Below the pieces are notes generated by a model that saw only the letters and a program-made list of their open reading frames with translations, did not search any database and was not told where the DNA came from. The translations under genes and the position numbers were made by a program. A DNA stretch of 44,176 nucleotides from an uncultured Ruficoccus sp. Its GTDB lineage: Bacteria > Verrucomicrobiota > Verrucomicrobiia > Opitutales > Cerasicoccaceae. This document shows, one piece after another, positions 22,896 through 32,664 of this stretch. The stretch spans positions 1 to 44,176 of the forward strand of contig OZ223480.1 in assembly GCA_965140785.1 (NCBI GenBank). The letters are read 5' to 3'. How positions within the stretch are numbered: position 1 is the stretch's first letter; each line of letters opens with the position of its first letter.

Positions 22896-23117
22896 CGAAC
22901 AAAGATGAACAACGGATTAATTCATACAATAGTAGTTTTTGTTAGCAGTTCCGTTGTCGGTTTTTCGGCTCTTATGTCCGGGAAACCTTATAATCTTAAG
23001 GCTGTTAAAAAGGTAAAGTTATATTGATGGATCTCTGTGTATAATAAAGGCAGACAATAGATTAATGCACTCATCTTTCTTTATTTTATTATATTTCGAA
23101 GAACCTAATTTTTGACT

Positions 23118-24155
23118 ATGAAAATCCAATTTCTATTATTCGTTGCATTTCTTAATGTTTCGTTATTGTCTTTTGCCCAAAGCGATAAAGGAACTGTAGT
23201 AACCGACACGATTTATTCTCAAAATCTGGAAAATGATTTTGGCGAGAATCCAAACCGTGCCGTCTCAGTTTATCTTCCTCCGAACTATCAAAACAACAAT
23301 CAGCGTTATCCGGTTATCTATTTCCTTCATGGATTTATGGGCGATAATAAAATGATGGGCATGATGTCCGGCCTTCTTGATTATGCGATTGCCGATAACA
23401 AAATAAAGCCCTTTATAATGGTTATCCCTGACGAAAAAACAACTTACCAAGGAAGTTTCTACAGTAATTCTGGTGTATTTGGAGACTGGGAAGATTTTAC
23501 TGCTTTCGATCTTGTTAAGTACATGGATGAAAATTACCGTACTATTCCGAAAAAAGAAAGCCGTGGAATTACCGGACACAGCATGGGGGGATATGGAGCT
23601 TTAAAAATTGCCATGCACCATCCCGATATATATAGTACCGTTTATGCAATTAGTCCTGGTGCTTTAACCATTGTTGCCGAGTATGGACCAAACAGTAATA
23701 CATTCAGAGAATTGTCTGAAATCAACACGATTGAAGGATTAAAAAAATCCTATTTCGGGGGTGTGATGATGGCTTTTGGTCGCTCGTGGTCGCCTAACCC
23801 CGATAACCCTCCGTTTTATTGTGATTTTCCATTTGTGTATAATGGCGATGAGCTCATTATTAATAAAGAAGTATTGCAGAAATGGTATGATAATATGCCT
23901 GTTCATATGATCGATGACAATCTTGAAAACCTGCAACAACTAAAAGCCATTAAACTCGATTGGGGCCGAAATGCAGGAGACAGGTTTACACTACAGTGCG
24001 ACATGTTCAGTGAGCGATTGGAAAACGTTGGAATCACGCATTTTGCAGAAGAATATATCGGTACGCACGTAAGTGGAATTTATACCAAAGAGGGGCGTAT
24101 TCCACAGCAGGTTCTGCCATTCTTCGATTTTTATTTGGAGTTTGGTGATGAATAA
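23118..24155 (+). CDS. Secreted esterase (CE1-like alpha/beta hydrolase)
   Basis: Signal peptide MKIQFLL..., VYLPPNY, YPVIYFLHG, RGITGHSMGGYGA (GxSxG). Confidence 0.87.
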   Translation: MKIQFLLFVAFLNVSLLSFAQSDKGTVVTDTIYSQNLENDFGENPNRAVSVYLPPNYQNNNQRYPVIYFLHGFMGDNKMMGMMSGLLDYAIADNKIKPFIMVIPDEKTTYQGSFYSNSGVFGDWEDFTAFDLVKYMDENYRTIPKKESRGITGHSMGGYGALKIAMHHPDIYSTVYAISPGALTIVAEYGPNSNTFRELSEINTIEGLKKSYFGGVMMAFGRSWSPNPDNPPFYCDFPFVYNGDELIINKEVLQKWYDNMPVHMIDDNLENLQQLKAIKLDWGRNAGDRFTLQCDMFSERLENVGITHFAEEYIGTHVSGIYTKEGRIPQQVLPFFDFYLEFGDE

Positions 24156-24176
24156 ACAAAATAGAAATAACAAATT

Positions 24177-26486
24177 ATGAAATTGAGAAAATCATTCATA
24201 TTGGGGACAGTTGCCGTAAGCATCATTATTTTAGCAGTGGCTTGTTCTCAAAAAACTACAACACCTCAACAGGAGTTGACAAAACACGATGAAGAAATCA
24301 ACGAAATAATAAAAGGCATGAGCCTGGAAGAAAAAGTTGAAATGCTTCATAGTAAAACGATTATGTCATCAGAAGGAATTCCGAGGCTTGGAATTCAAGA
24401 GATTAGATATGCTGATGGCCCTTTTGGAATACGGGAAGAAATCGGCAATATGTTTATGCCAAAGGGATGGAAACTTGATTCGGCAACCTATTTCCCAACC
24501 GGATCGGCACTAGCGGCCACGTGGTCAACCGAGCTTGCCTACAAATATGGCACAGGTATGGCGCATGAAGCAACTCGCAGGGGGAAAGATATGGTTTTAG
24601 GACCTGCAATGAACATACAACGTATTCCGGTAGGAGGGCGCACGTATGAATATTTCAGCGAAGATCCACTTCTTGCAGGTGCATTGGCAGTTGGTTACGT
24701 AAAAGGAGTACAAGACGAGGGAAGAGCTGTATGTTTAAAACATTATGCGGTAAATAACCAGGAAAACGATCGGGGTACTGTAAATGCTATAGTAGATGAC
24801 CGCACGCTGCGGGAGATCTATTTAAAACCATTTAAAGCTGCGGTTGTAGAAGGTGGAGCTTATGGAGTAATGACAGCTTACAATAAAGTAAACGGATTGT
24901 GGTGTAGCGAAAACCCATATCTGAACAATGAAATATTGCGTGGGGAATGGGGCTTTAAAGGAATGACCGTCTCTGACTGGGGAGGAACACATAGTACCAT
25001 GGGCGCTGCCCTGGGGGGCCTTAATGTACAAATGACCGGAGATACTTATCTGGGCCCTGCATTAATTGACTCCATAAATATTGGGAAAATACCAGAATCA
25101 GTTGTTGACGATAAAGTGCGCGAAATATTAAGGGTTCGTTATGCGGTAAAAGCTATTCCTGAAGATGAAGCAAATATTGTAATGGCTTCTCAACCGGAAG
25201 AGCAACGCATTGCCTACGAAGTGGCTAGTAAATCTGTTGTATTGTTGAAAAATGAGAACAATATTCTTCCAATTGACCTAAACGAGGTAAAGAATATCGC
25301 AGTCATTGGTCAGAATGCTGTTTTATCTACCGCGGCAGGAGGTATGGGAGCTGGCATAAAAACGCTTTATGAAATTACACCTTTAAAAGGTTTGCAAAAT
25401 AGAATTGGTGATGCTGCCACAATTAATTATGCTCCGGGTTATAAAAACTACGTTAGATCGTGGGGCCCTCCTGTGCCAAATCCAAACAACGCCGAAACAA
25501 TAGGCGAACCTGCTGACCCGGAATTTATTGCCGAAGCAGTAAAATTGGCGAAAGAAGCTGATGTTGTTCTATACTTTGCTGGCACTAATAAATCAATCGA
25601 AACAGAAGGTAGTGACCGTGAAAACATCGATTTGCCGGTAGGTCAGAATGAAATTGCCCAGGCCCTGGCTGAAGCCAATCCAAGCCTGATAACCGTTATC
25701 ATTTCAGGTGGTCCCTGTGATTTAAGAAAAGTGAACGATCTTTCAAAAGCAATGGTTCAGGGCTGGTGGAATGGTTTAGAAGGAGGGAATGCGCTTGCCG
25801 ATATTCTGCTTGGTAATATTGCACCATCAGGAAAACTACCATTTACTTTCCCTCTGAAACTGGAAGATTCGCCGGCTATTGCACTGGGAACTTACCCTCA
25901 GAAAAAAGAAGTGGTAAAGGAAAATGATGTATTTGTATCGCAATACAGAAAGAATGACATAAAAACAGACTCTGTGGATAAGGAAGAAATTGATTTTAGT
26001 GCATTTTTTAGTCGTTCGGTAAACGGGCCGGATGCACCATATTCTGAAGGTTTATTTGTAGGCTATCGTTGGTTCGATTCAAAAGATCTTCCTGTACTTT
26101 ATCCGTTTGGATACGGCCTCTCTTATGTCAATTTCAATTATTCAAAACTGAAAACCAATAAAGAATCGTACCAGGCTAACGATGTTATTGAGGTTAGTTT
26201 TACTATTAAGAACACCGGATCGATGCAGGCTGATGAGGTTCCACAAGTGTATGTACACCGTATTAATCCCTCTGTAGAGTGGCCTGAAAAAGAGTTGAAG
26301 GCATTTTCAAGAGCGTCTTTAAATCCTGGTGAAATACAAACTGTTTTATTGGAAATCCCTGTTGAAGATTTAAGTTACTGGAATGAAGAAACCGATACCT
26401 GGGATTACGATCCTTGTAATCTTGAAATCCTTGTTGGAACTTCTTCAAGAGACATACGACTTAAAGAAGCAGTAAGTCTTAAATAA
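24177..26486 (+). CDS. Glycoside hydrolase family 3 (beta-glucosidase/xylosidase-like) lipoprotein
   Basis: Lipobox AVAC, ADGPFGIR, GRTYEYFSEDP, KHYAVNNQE, VSDW nucleophile motif, YPFGYGLSY, C-terminal Fn3-like domain. Confidence 0.94.
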   Translation: MKLRKSFILGTVAVSIIILAVACSQKTTTPQQELTKHDEEINEIIKGMSLEEKVEMLHSKTIMSSEGIPRLGIQEIRYADGPFGIREEIGNMFMPKGWKLDSATYFPTGSALAATWSTELAYKYGTGMAHEATRRGKDMVLGPAMNIQRIPVGGRTYEYFSEDPLLAGALAVGYVKGVQDEGRAVCLKHYAVNNQENDRGTVNAIVDDRTLREIYLKPFKAAVVEGGAYGVMTAYNKVNGLWCSENPYLNNEILRGEWGFKGMTVSDWGGTHSTMGAALGGLNVQMTGDTYLGPALIDSINIGKIPESVVDDKVREILRVRYAVKAIPEDEANIVMASQPEEQRIAYEVASKSVVLLKNENNILPIDLNEVKNIAVIGQNAVLSTAAGGMGAGIKTLYEITPLKGLQNRIGDAATINYAPGYKNYVRSWGPPVPNPNNAETIGEPADPEFIAEAVKLAKEADVVLYFAGTNKSIETEGSDRENIDLPVGQNEIAQALAEANPSLITVIISGGPCDLRKVNDLSKAMVQGWWNGLEGGNALADILLGNIAPSGKLPFTFPLKLEDSPAIALGTYPQKKEVVKENDVFVSQYRKNDIKTDSVDKEEIDFSAFFSRSVNGPDAPYSEGLFVGYRWFDSKDLPVLYPFGYGLSYVNFNYSKLKTNKESYQANDVIEVSFTIKNTGSMQADEVPQVYVHRINPSVEWPEKELKAFSRASLNPGEIQTVLLEIPVEDLSYWNEETDTWDYDPCNLEILVGTSSRDIRLKEAVSLK

Positions 26487-26493
26487 AATAAAC

Positions 26494-26578
26494 CTACCAA
26501 CCTCACCTATATTTATCGATGCCATAATTATTGTGCTAGATAAAGTACCCGAGAAAGAGGAATAGGCGAGGATGGTAG
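26494..26578. other. Multi-stem inverted-repeat element after GH3
   Basis: Outer stem CTACCAACCTCACCTAT / ATAGGCGAGGATGGTAG (15 of 17 complementary) enclosing TTTATC...GATAAA. Confidence 0.5.
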
Positions 26579-26709
26579 TGTTTTATTTATATGTTGAAAT
26601 AAATATTGAACACTTGAAAATTATCAAACTATAATGCAGAAGTGCGTTATGTTTTTTACAATTTCTATCAGTTTGTTTCCGACGAAAACCTTTATTCTTT
26701 TGTTTTGTA

Positions 26710-26982
26710 TTAAATGTTGAAAAGAACCCAAACTGCTATATAAATTCCCAGTGACGTGATAGTTGCGGCTGCTTCCCGTAACGATTCTTTCGAGATGTCG
26801 ACAGAAATAAAGTTTGATCTGGGATTCTTGAGTGCCATAATTTGTGTTTGTGCACCAACGCCGCAACCTGCCTCGAGCACTAAACTTCCCTCAGGGAAAA
26901 TAGAATCGTGATGAATAGGCTCTTCTAAAGTGGTTGCCTGATCGTTTAGAATATCCGTGTACATATTTTGTATTTTCCACAT
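26710..26982 (-). pseudogene. Truncated class I SAM-dependent methyltransferase remnant
   Basis: Motif I VLEAGCGVGAQT and FISVDIS are present. The N-terminal KYVHGYS lies in another frame, and the ORF stops soon after motif II with the C-terminal part missing. Confidence 0.75.
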
Positions 26983-27069
26983 GCTTCTTCAAAATAGAAT
27001 TAGTAAGAACTGATATCATAAAAAAACAGGATTAGTCAATATGAATGATGTTTTCTTGTATCAGTATTG

Positions 27070-27162
27070 TTTCACTTCATTTCTTACTTTTCACAATTCA
27101 AATTATCCTTTTACAGCTCATCAACTTCTTATTCCATTGCTGTATTGCAACCGGTAGTTTTG
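27070..27162 (+). promoter_or_regulatory. Putative LytTR-binding direct repeats plus -7 promoter box
   Basis: TTTCACTTCA (ends 27079), TCACAATTCA (ends 27100), TTACAGCTCA (ends 27120); exact TAnnTTTG (TAGTTTTG) at 27155-27162. Confidence 0.6.
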
Positions 27163-27175
27163 TTGGAAAAAAAGA

Positions 27176-27784
27176 ATGAAACAATTCGTATTCTTAATTC
27201 TGCTAATTAGTAATTGTAGCTATGCCGGCGAAACGTCGAATTGGCAAACTGCCAGAGAGACGGAACAGCTAAAGTTGCAATATCGTTGGATTGATTCAAT
27301 CGATACAAGAGAAGTACGTATTCTGTTTTCAGTAAAAGCAAATCACAATCAGATAATAAATTGTATAAGAGCCCCCCGACTTGCCAAACAGTGGGCTGTT
27401 GGTGTTAAAGATTACAGAATATACGATATGAGCCCTGACAGGTGGATCGCCTACAGCTTATACAAAATACCCAAACCTTTTGCTGACCAGGATTTAATTA
27501 CGCGTTACGAAATTGTGAATGAATCATCTGAAGTGAAGATTACAATAACCGCTCTGCCAGACTATTTAGAACGGATTTCGGGAGTTAACCGCCAACAAAA
27601 CTATTCAGGGAAATGGATACTAAAGGAAACGCAGAATGGAATAACTCAAATACAGTTTTATTCCATTTCATATACCAAACCATTGATCCCACGCTTTATG
27701 CAAGACCCAATTACACAACGAGTATTAATAAGGTCGTTTGAAGAATTTATAAAACTGTCAGAAAATGAAGAAGCTGAGAAGTAG
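27176..27784 (+). CDS. Secreted START/SRPBCC-like lipid-binding domain protein
   Basis: Signal peptide; W near the N-terminus of the mature part, IPKPFADQDLI and YSGKWILK resemble bacterial START-domain patterns. Confidence 0.6.
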   Translation: MKQFVFLILLISNCSYAGETSNWQTARETEQLKLQYRWIDSIDTREVRILFSVKANHNQIINCIRAPRLAKQWAVGVKDYRIYDMSPDRWIAYSLYKIPKPFADQDLITRYEIVNESSEVKITITALPDYLERISGVNRQQNYSGKWILKETQNGITQIQFYSISYTKPLIPRFMQDPITQRVLIRSFEEFIKLSENEEAEK

Positions 27785-28214
27785 ACTACTATCGGGTTTT
27801 CGAAAAATAGTACAGATTGAAGACAATCCTCAATCTATTGCAAAAGCTTTTGCTCTGGGATCGTTTATTGGGATGATGCCCATTCCCGGGTTTCAAATGC
27901 TGGTTTCGCTTGGCATTGCAACGCTTTTTCGGATAAATAAAAAATCGGCATGTATTGCGGTCTTTAATACCAACATTGTAACCGGTGCTTTTGTGTTTGC
28001 TTTTAACTACTGGTTGGGCAAGAAACTGTTGGGCATTCAAAGTAATTATCAATTGCCCGAAAAGATTGGCCTTAGCTTCATGCAAAATATTTTTTCTGCC
28101 GGGCTTGATGTTTTTACAGCATTAACGGTTGGAGGAATAATTACAGGAGCCATTGCCGCCTTGGCTGCTTATCAGGGAATTAAGGTTTATCTGAATAATC
28201 ATAAAAATGTATAG
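27765..28214 (+). CDS. DUF2062-family membrane protein
   Basis: DNPQSIAKAFALGSFIGMMPIPGFQ, FNYWLGKKLLG, hydrophobic helices. Confidence 0.8.
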   Translation: MKKLRSRLLSGFRKIVQIEDNPQSIAKAFALGSFIGMMPIPGFQMLVSLGIATLFRINKKSACIAVFNTNIVTGAFVFAFNYWLGKKLLGIQSNYQLPEKIGLSFMQNIFSAGLDVFTALTVGGIITGAIAALAAYQGIKVYLNNHKNV

Positions 28215-29025
28215 AATGAAAATCAGTCGATACACGATAATAACAGGAGCCAGTATGGGCTTGGGAAAAGCACTTAGCATTGAATGTGCCAAAAGGGGAT
28301 TTAACCTGTTATTGATTGCACTACCCAACGAAAGACTAAACGAAATGGCTACAGAGATAAAAGATAAATACAGTGTTGATGTAGAGGTGTTTGAAGTTAA
28401 TTTGACAAATTCTACCGAACTGGAATGGCTCACTGAAGTTATCAACGAAAAATTTAATGTAAACATGCTCATTAATAATGCCGGAGTTGGAGGGAGCAAT
28501 GAATTTCAGAAAATATCATCTAATTATTTAGACCAGATAATCTTGCTTAACATCCGCGCCATGGTTATGCTAACGCACCGTTTGTTGCCTAATATCCGAA
28601 AGAATAAGGAGGCTTATATTCTGAATATTGCCAGTATGGCTGCTTTTTGCCCAATGCCCTACAAAACAGTTTACCCGGCCTCAAAGTCATTTGTTTATTC
28701 TTTTTCGCGAGGTTTACAAACCGAACTTATAGGGAGTGGAATTACTGTAAGTGTTGCTCATCCGGGAGGAATGGCAACAAATAGCGATGTGTCGAAACGC
28801 ATTAACAGTCACAACAAATTAATTAAATCTACCATTCTGACGCCCGAAAAAACGGCTGCTATTTGCATTCGTCAATTGCTAAAACGAGATACCTTGATTA
28901 TCCCCGGCTTAATGAATAAAATTAGTTACGTTTATCTGAAATTTTGCCCGGTATGGCTACAGTTGATTATTTTTAGGCATTCGTTACGCAAAGAATTAAA
29001 CCAGAAATATCCGCTTTATGCCTGA
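28207..29025 (+). CDS. Short-chain dehydrogenase/reductase (classical SDR)
   Basis: TGASMGLG, LINNAGVG, catalytic S...YPASK, HPGGMAT. Confidence 0.92.
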   Translation: MYRMKISRYTIITGASMGLGKALSIECAKRGFNLLLIALPNERLNEMATEIKDKYSVDVEVFEVNLTNSTELEWLTEVINEKFNVNMLINNAGVGGSNEFQKISSNYLDQIILLNIRAMVMLTHRLLPNIRKNKEAYILNIASMAAFCPMPYKTVYPASKSFVYSFSRGLQTELIGSGITVSVAHPGGMATNSDVSKRINSHNKLIKSTILTPEKTAAICIRQLLKRDTLIIPGLMNKISYVYLKFCPVWLQLIIFRHSLRKELNQKYPLYA

Positions 29026-30025
29026 TTCGAAAAAAGTTTTGGTTACCGGAGGAAACGGACTATTAGGCTCGAATATCGTTCGGGAGCTCGTAAACAAAGG
29101 ATACTCGCCGCTTTTGCTATTACGCCGGGGATGCAATTGTCAGGCATTGCGTGGACTAAAATATGATATAGTAGAGGGCGAACTTCAGAATTATGCCGAT
29201 TTGGAGAAGGCAGTAAAAGAGTGTAACTACATCATTCATTGTGCAGCAAAAACAGGGCAAAAAGGAGAATTAATAGATTATCTTGCTGTAAATACAGAAC
29301 CAGTGAAAATACTGGCTTTTTTGTGCAAAAAATATTCGGTTAAAAGATTCATTTACATTAGTACAGCTAATTGTTTTACCAACGGAAGCATCCAGCATCC
29401 GGGAACAGAGTCATCTGGTTTTATGCCCTGGCTAAAAAAATCAGGCTATGCGTACAGCAAGTTTCTTGCCCAGGAATTTTTGCTGAAAGAGTTTCGCACC
29501 AACAATTTTCCGGTAGTGGTATTGGCGCCAACTTTTCTTATTGGCGCGGGCGATGCAAAAATATCGAGTGGGCAATTGCTGCTTCACGGAATTAAAAATC
29601 GGATTATTTTTTACCCGCCGGGAGGGAAAAGTTTTGTGGATGCCGAATATGCAGCCCGGGCAACCGTTAATGCTTTGGAATATGGCAGAAACGGCGAGTG
29701 TTATTTGATTTCTGGCGAAAATCTAAGCTACAAAGCGTTTTTTACGATTGTAAAGCAAAATTATAATCCAAAGGTAATTTTAATTAAGTTACCCCATTGG
29801 CTGATTAAACCTGTTGCATTAGGTTGCGACCTTGTTCAGTGGCTTTTTAATACCGAGATTATCTTAAATCGGACTAATTGGAGATTGTTAAGCCTTAACA
29901 ACTATTTTTCAAACCAAAAAGCAAAAAAAGAGTTGAAGATGAAAGATAGCAACACAGAACAAGCATTGCACAAAACATATAAATGGTTTGTCGAAAATAA
30001 ATACATCAGCAATGGAAACAAGTAA
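29018..30025 (+). CDS. NAD-dependent epimerase/dehydratase (extended SDR, dihydroflavonol reductase/HpnA-like)
   Basis: VTGGNGLLG, IIHCAA, YIST, YAYSK, PGGKSFVD, GRNGECYLI. Confidence 0.88.
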   Translation: MPDSKKVLVTGGNGLLGSNIVRELVNKGYSPLLLLRRGCNCQALRGLKYDIVEGELQNYADLEKAVKECNYIIHCAAKTGQKGELIDYLAVNTEPVKILAFLCKKYSVKRFIYISTANCFTNGSIQHPGTESSGFMPWLKKSGYAYSKFLAQEFLLKEFRTNNFPVVVLAPTFLIGAGDAKISSGQLLLHGIKNRIIFYPPGGKSFVDAEYAARATVNALEYGRNGECYLISGENLSYKAFFTIVKQNYNPKVILIKLPHWLIKPVALGCDLVQWLFNTEIILNRTNWRLLSLNNYFSNQKAKKELKMKDSNTEQALHKTYKWFVENKYISNGNK

Positions 30026-31061
30026 CCAAACATGGCGTTTTATTCTTCGCTTTCTGGTGGTATACAGCATTCAGCTCGTAATCAAAGGGTTTGATCATTC
30101 TTTTGGTAATTTTTTGGATGTAACCATACGCGGGCAGGTAATTGGCTGGACTTTTATTTTTCTATGGATGCTTGCGTGGTACGGAAGCGAATTTCTGTAT
30201 CATAAACTCGTTCATTTTAAATCGTTGTATAAACTACTTGTATTTATTCTATTCGGGGCATTGGTGGCATTTATATCCAACATCGTTTATAAATACAGCG
30301 ACATTCATTTATTTGCAAACGAAAAGCCCTGGGAAAATATCTCTGATTTTAATCCTGAGTTTATATTTGGCATATTGGTAATATACCTGCTTATTTATTT
30401 GTCGAATGAGTACATTCAGAACAAATTGGAGATAAAAGAAGCTGAATTGCGATCGGAGCAGTTGAAAAAAGAAAACCTGTTGGCGCAATTCCAGTCGCTG
30501 AAACATCAAATTGAACCTCATTTTTTGTTTAACAGTTTAAGCGTGCTTTCATCCATTATTCACGAAGACGTTGATTTGGCCGATAAGTTCATAATAAGGC
30601 TATCAAAAACCTTACGTTACCTTATTGAAAAGAACGAGTTTTCGCTGGTGCCTCTAAGTGAGGAATTGCAGGTTGTTGAAGATTACTTTTTCCTGTTAAA
30701 AACACGTTTTGGCAATGCCTTACAATTAAGCACAGAGTTAAACGGGCTTTCTCCAGATGAGATTTACATCCCTCCGGCAACAATACAAATGTTGCTGGAA
30801 AATGCAGTTAAACACAATAAGTTTTCAGCTACTAATCCACTCAGAATACAAATCCTTCTGAACAACGATAGAATTCTGGTTTCAAACAACATTGATAAGC
30901 GAAATATCGGGGAGGATTCTACTAAAATTGGCTTGAAAAATATAGAAAGGCGCTACGAATTAATTTCAGGACATAAAACAGAGATAACCGAAAATCAGTC
31001 GAATTTTTGTGTTAGTCTTCCAGTTCTAAAAAAATCAGCTTATGAGAATTTTAATCATTGA
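30012..31061 (+). CDS. LytS/YehU-type sensor histidine kinase
   Basis: N-terminal TM helices, LKHQIEPHFLFNSL, LRYL, QMLLENAVKHN, KIGLKNIERRY. Confidence 0.92.
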   Translation: METSNQTWRFILRFLVVYSIQLVIKGFDHSFGNFLDVTIRGQVIGWTFIFLWMLAWYGSEFLYHKLVHFKSLYKLLVFILFGALVAFISNIVYKYSDIHLFANEKPWENISDFNPEFIFGILVIYLLIYLSNEYIQNKLEIKEAELRSEQLKKENLLAQFQSLKHQIEPHFLFNSLSVLSSIIHEDVDLADKFIIRLSKTLRYLIEKNEFSLVPLSEELQVVEDYFFLLKTRFGNALQLSTELNGLSPDEIYIPPATIQMLLENAVKHNKFSATNPLRIQILLNNDRILVSNNIDKRNIGEDSTKIGLKNIERRYELISGHKTEITENQSNFCVSLPVLKKSAYENFNH

Positions 31062-31797
31062 AGATGAAAAACATACAGCTAACCGATTAATTAGCTTGCT
31101 TAAGAATTATCAAAGTGATATTGAAATACTGGATGTGCTGGATTCGGTAAAATCTGCTGTTGATTGGTTTTCTGTTCACCGCCAGCCCGATCTGATTTTT
31201 CAGGACATTGAGCTAAACGATGGACAATGTTTCGAGATTTATCAGCAAATTAAGACAGAGGCTCCCATTGTTTTCACCACGGCTTATCAGCAATATGCAC
31301 TTAGGGCATTTGAGTTAAACAGCATCGATTACCTGGTAAAACCATACGACAAAAAGGATATTAAACGGGTAATGGAAAAGTTTGAAAAATACGGAAGCAT
31401 ATTTCGGGCAAACGAGGTAAGCATGATGGAGTTGCTAATGGCAAATAAAGAAACAACATGGAAAAAACGTTTGCTGGTGCGGGCCGGAGACATGTATAAA
31501 AGTTTGAATGTTTCGGATGTCGCCTATTTTCAATCGGAAGATGGGCTGAGCTTTGCCTATACAGAAGATAATAAACACTATCCGTTGGACCAAACTTTAA
31601 ATGAATTAAACCAGGCTTTAAATCCCGATGATTTTTTTCGGGTTAACCGGAATTGTATTGTTAGCCACTCGTGTATTGTAAAAGTCTCGGTCTGGTTTAA
31701 CAGCCGGCTAAAATTAGTGTTACAGCCAAATTCTGCTGAAGAAGTTGTTGTGAGCCGCGAGCGGGTAAAAGATTTTAAGAAATGGATGGGGGGATAA
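31042..31797 (+). CDS. LytTR-family response regulator
   Basis: IIEDE, PDLIFQDIEL, FTTAY, DYLVKP receiver domain; FFRVNRNCIV and VVSRERV LytTR domain. Confidence 0.94.
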   Translation: MRILIIEDEKHTANRLISLLKNYQSDIEILDVLDSVKSAVDWFSVHRQPDLIFQDIELNDGQCFEIYQQIKTEAPIVFTTAYQQYALRAFELNSIDYLVKPYDKKDIKRVMEKFEKYGSIFRANEVSMMELLMANKETTWKKRLLVRAGDMYKSLNVSDVAYFQSEDGLSFAYTEDNKHYPLDQTLNELNQALNPDDFFRVNRNCIVSHSCIVKVSVWFNSRLKLVLQPNSAEEVVVSRERVKDFKKWMGG

Positions 31798-31824
31798 TTG
31801 AGAAGCTGCTCATTTGGTTGAATT

Positions 31825-32664
31825 CTATATTACAGATAAGTCTATTTGTGTTATTGTTGCATGTCCTGATGTTGATTTTAGCAAGTTCAGGTATTCCGAG
31901 GGCGACATACCCATATAATGCTTAAACTCTTTAATAAAATGCGATTGGTCAAAATACCCGGAATCGACAACAACATCAGTGAGTCGTTCCGGCGAATTTA
32001 TTAGTGCTCTAATCGCTTTTCTGAATTTAATCAGTCGTTCGAATTTTTTGGCAGTAATTCCTAGTATTTTGTTGAAATTCCGGTTCAGTGTAGTATAGTT
32101 GGTTTTAGTTAGGCTGCAAAAGGTTTGAATGTCAGATAAGTCTTCATTTGCTTTCAAAAACGAATAAAATTCCTTCACGAGTTTGGTTTCTTTTTCCCGT
32201 TTCGCACAGTAGGTATGATTCAGAAGTTGATAGGTGGCTTTAATTATTGCTTCATCGCCTGAAGCTGTTTTTATTTCCTCAATTAAATTCTCGTGGACAG
32301 AATTTGTATAGGCAATATTTTTATTGATTAAGTCTTTACCATTTAGTGGTACAAAAGGATAAAGCCCGTTGCCGTATAAACGTACTCCCAGGGCTTTTAT
32401 ACCGGGTGGAAGCCTCAGGTAAACAGGTTTCAGCATAATTCCTTCCAAACGGCTTTCTGTTATAAAATTTCCATTATGAAAATACCCTTTATCATTTAGT
32501 AAGAAAATCCAGTCGATAAACTGATTAGGCGGAATAACAATATTTACTTCTTCAGCAAACGTTTCAACAAACCAGAATGATTCGATACAACTCGTAAACT
32601 GCTCTGATTTGTAGTTTCGAAATGACAAATTTTGGGTTTCTATTTCAGTTGAAAGTTCTTTCAT
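31825..32664 (-). CDS. AraC-family transcriptional regulator (DUF6597-type N-terminus)
   Basis: C-terminal LNRNFNKILGITAKKF...SGYFDQSHFIKEFKHYMGMSPSEY; N-terminal IESFWF. Confidence 0.9.
   Translation of the reverse strand: MKELSTEIETQNLSFRNYKSEQFTSCIESFWFVETFAEEVNIVIPPNQFIDWIFLLNDKGYFHNGNFITESRLEGIMLKPVYLRLPPGIKALGVRLYGNGLYPFVPLNGKDLINKNIAYTNSVHENLIEEIKTASGDEAIIKATYQLLNHTYCAKREKETKLVKEFYSFLKANEDLSDIQTFCSLTKTNYTTLNRNFNKILGITAKKFERLIKFRKAIRALINSPERLTDVVVDSGYFDQSHFIKEFKHYMGMSPSEYLNLLKSTSGHATITQIDLSVI

Noticed and set aside
26646..26662. GTTATGTTTTTTACAAT, resembling the three-copy motif
   Set aside because: Only the 3' half matches and there is no -7-like box 20 nt downstream.
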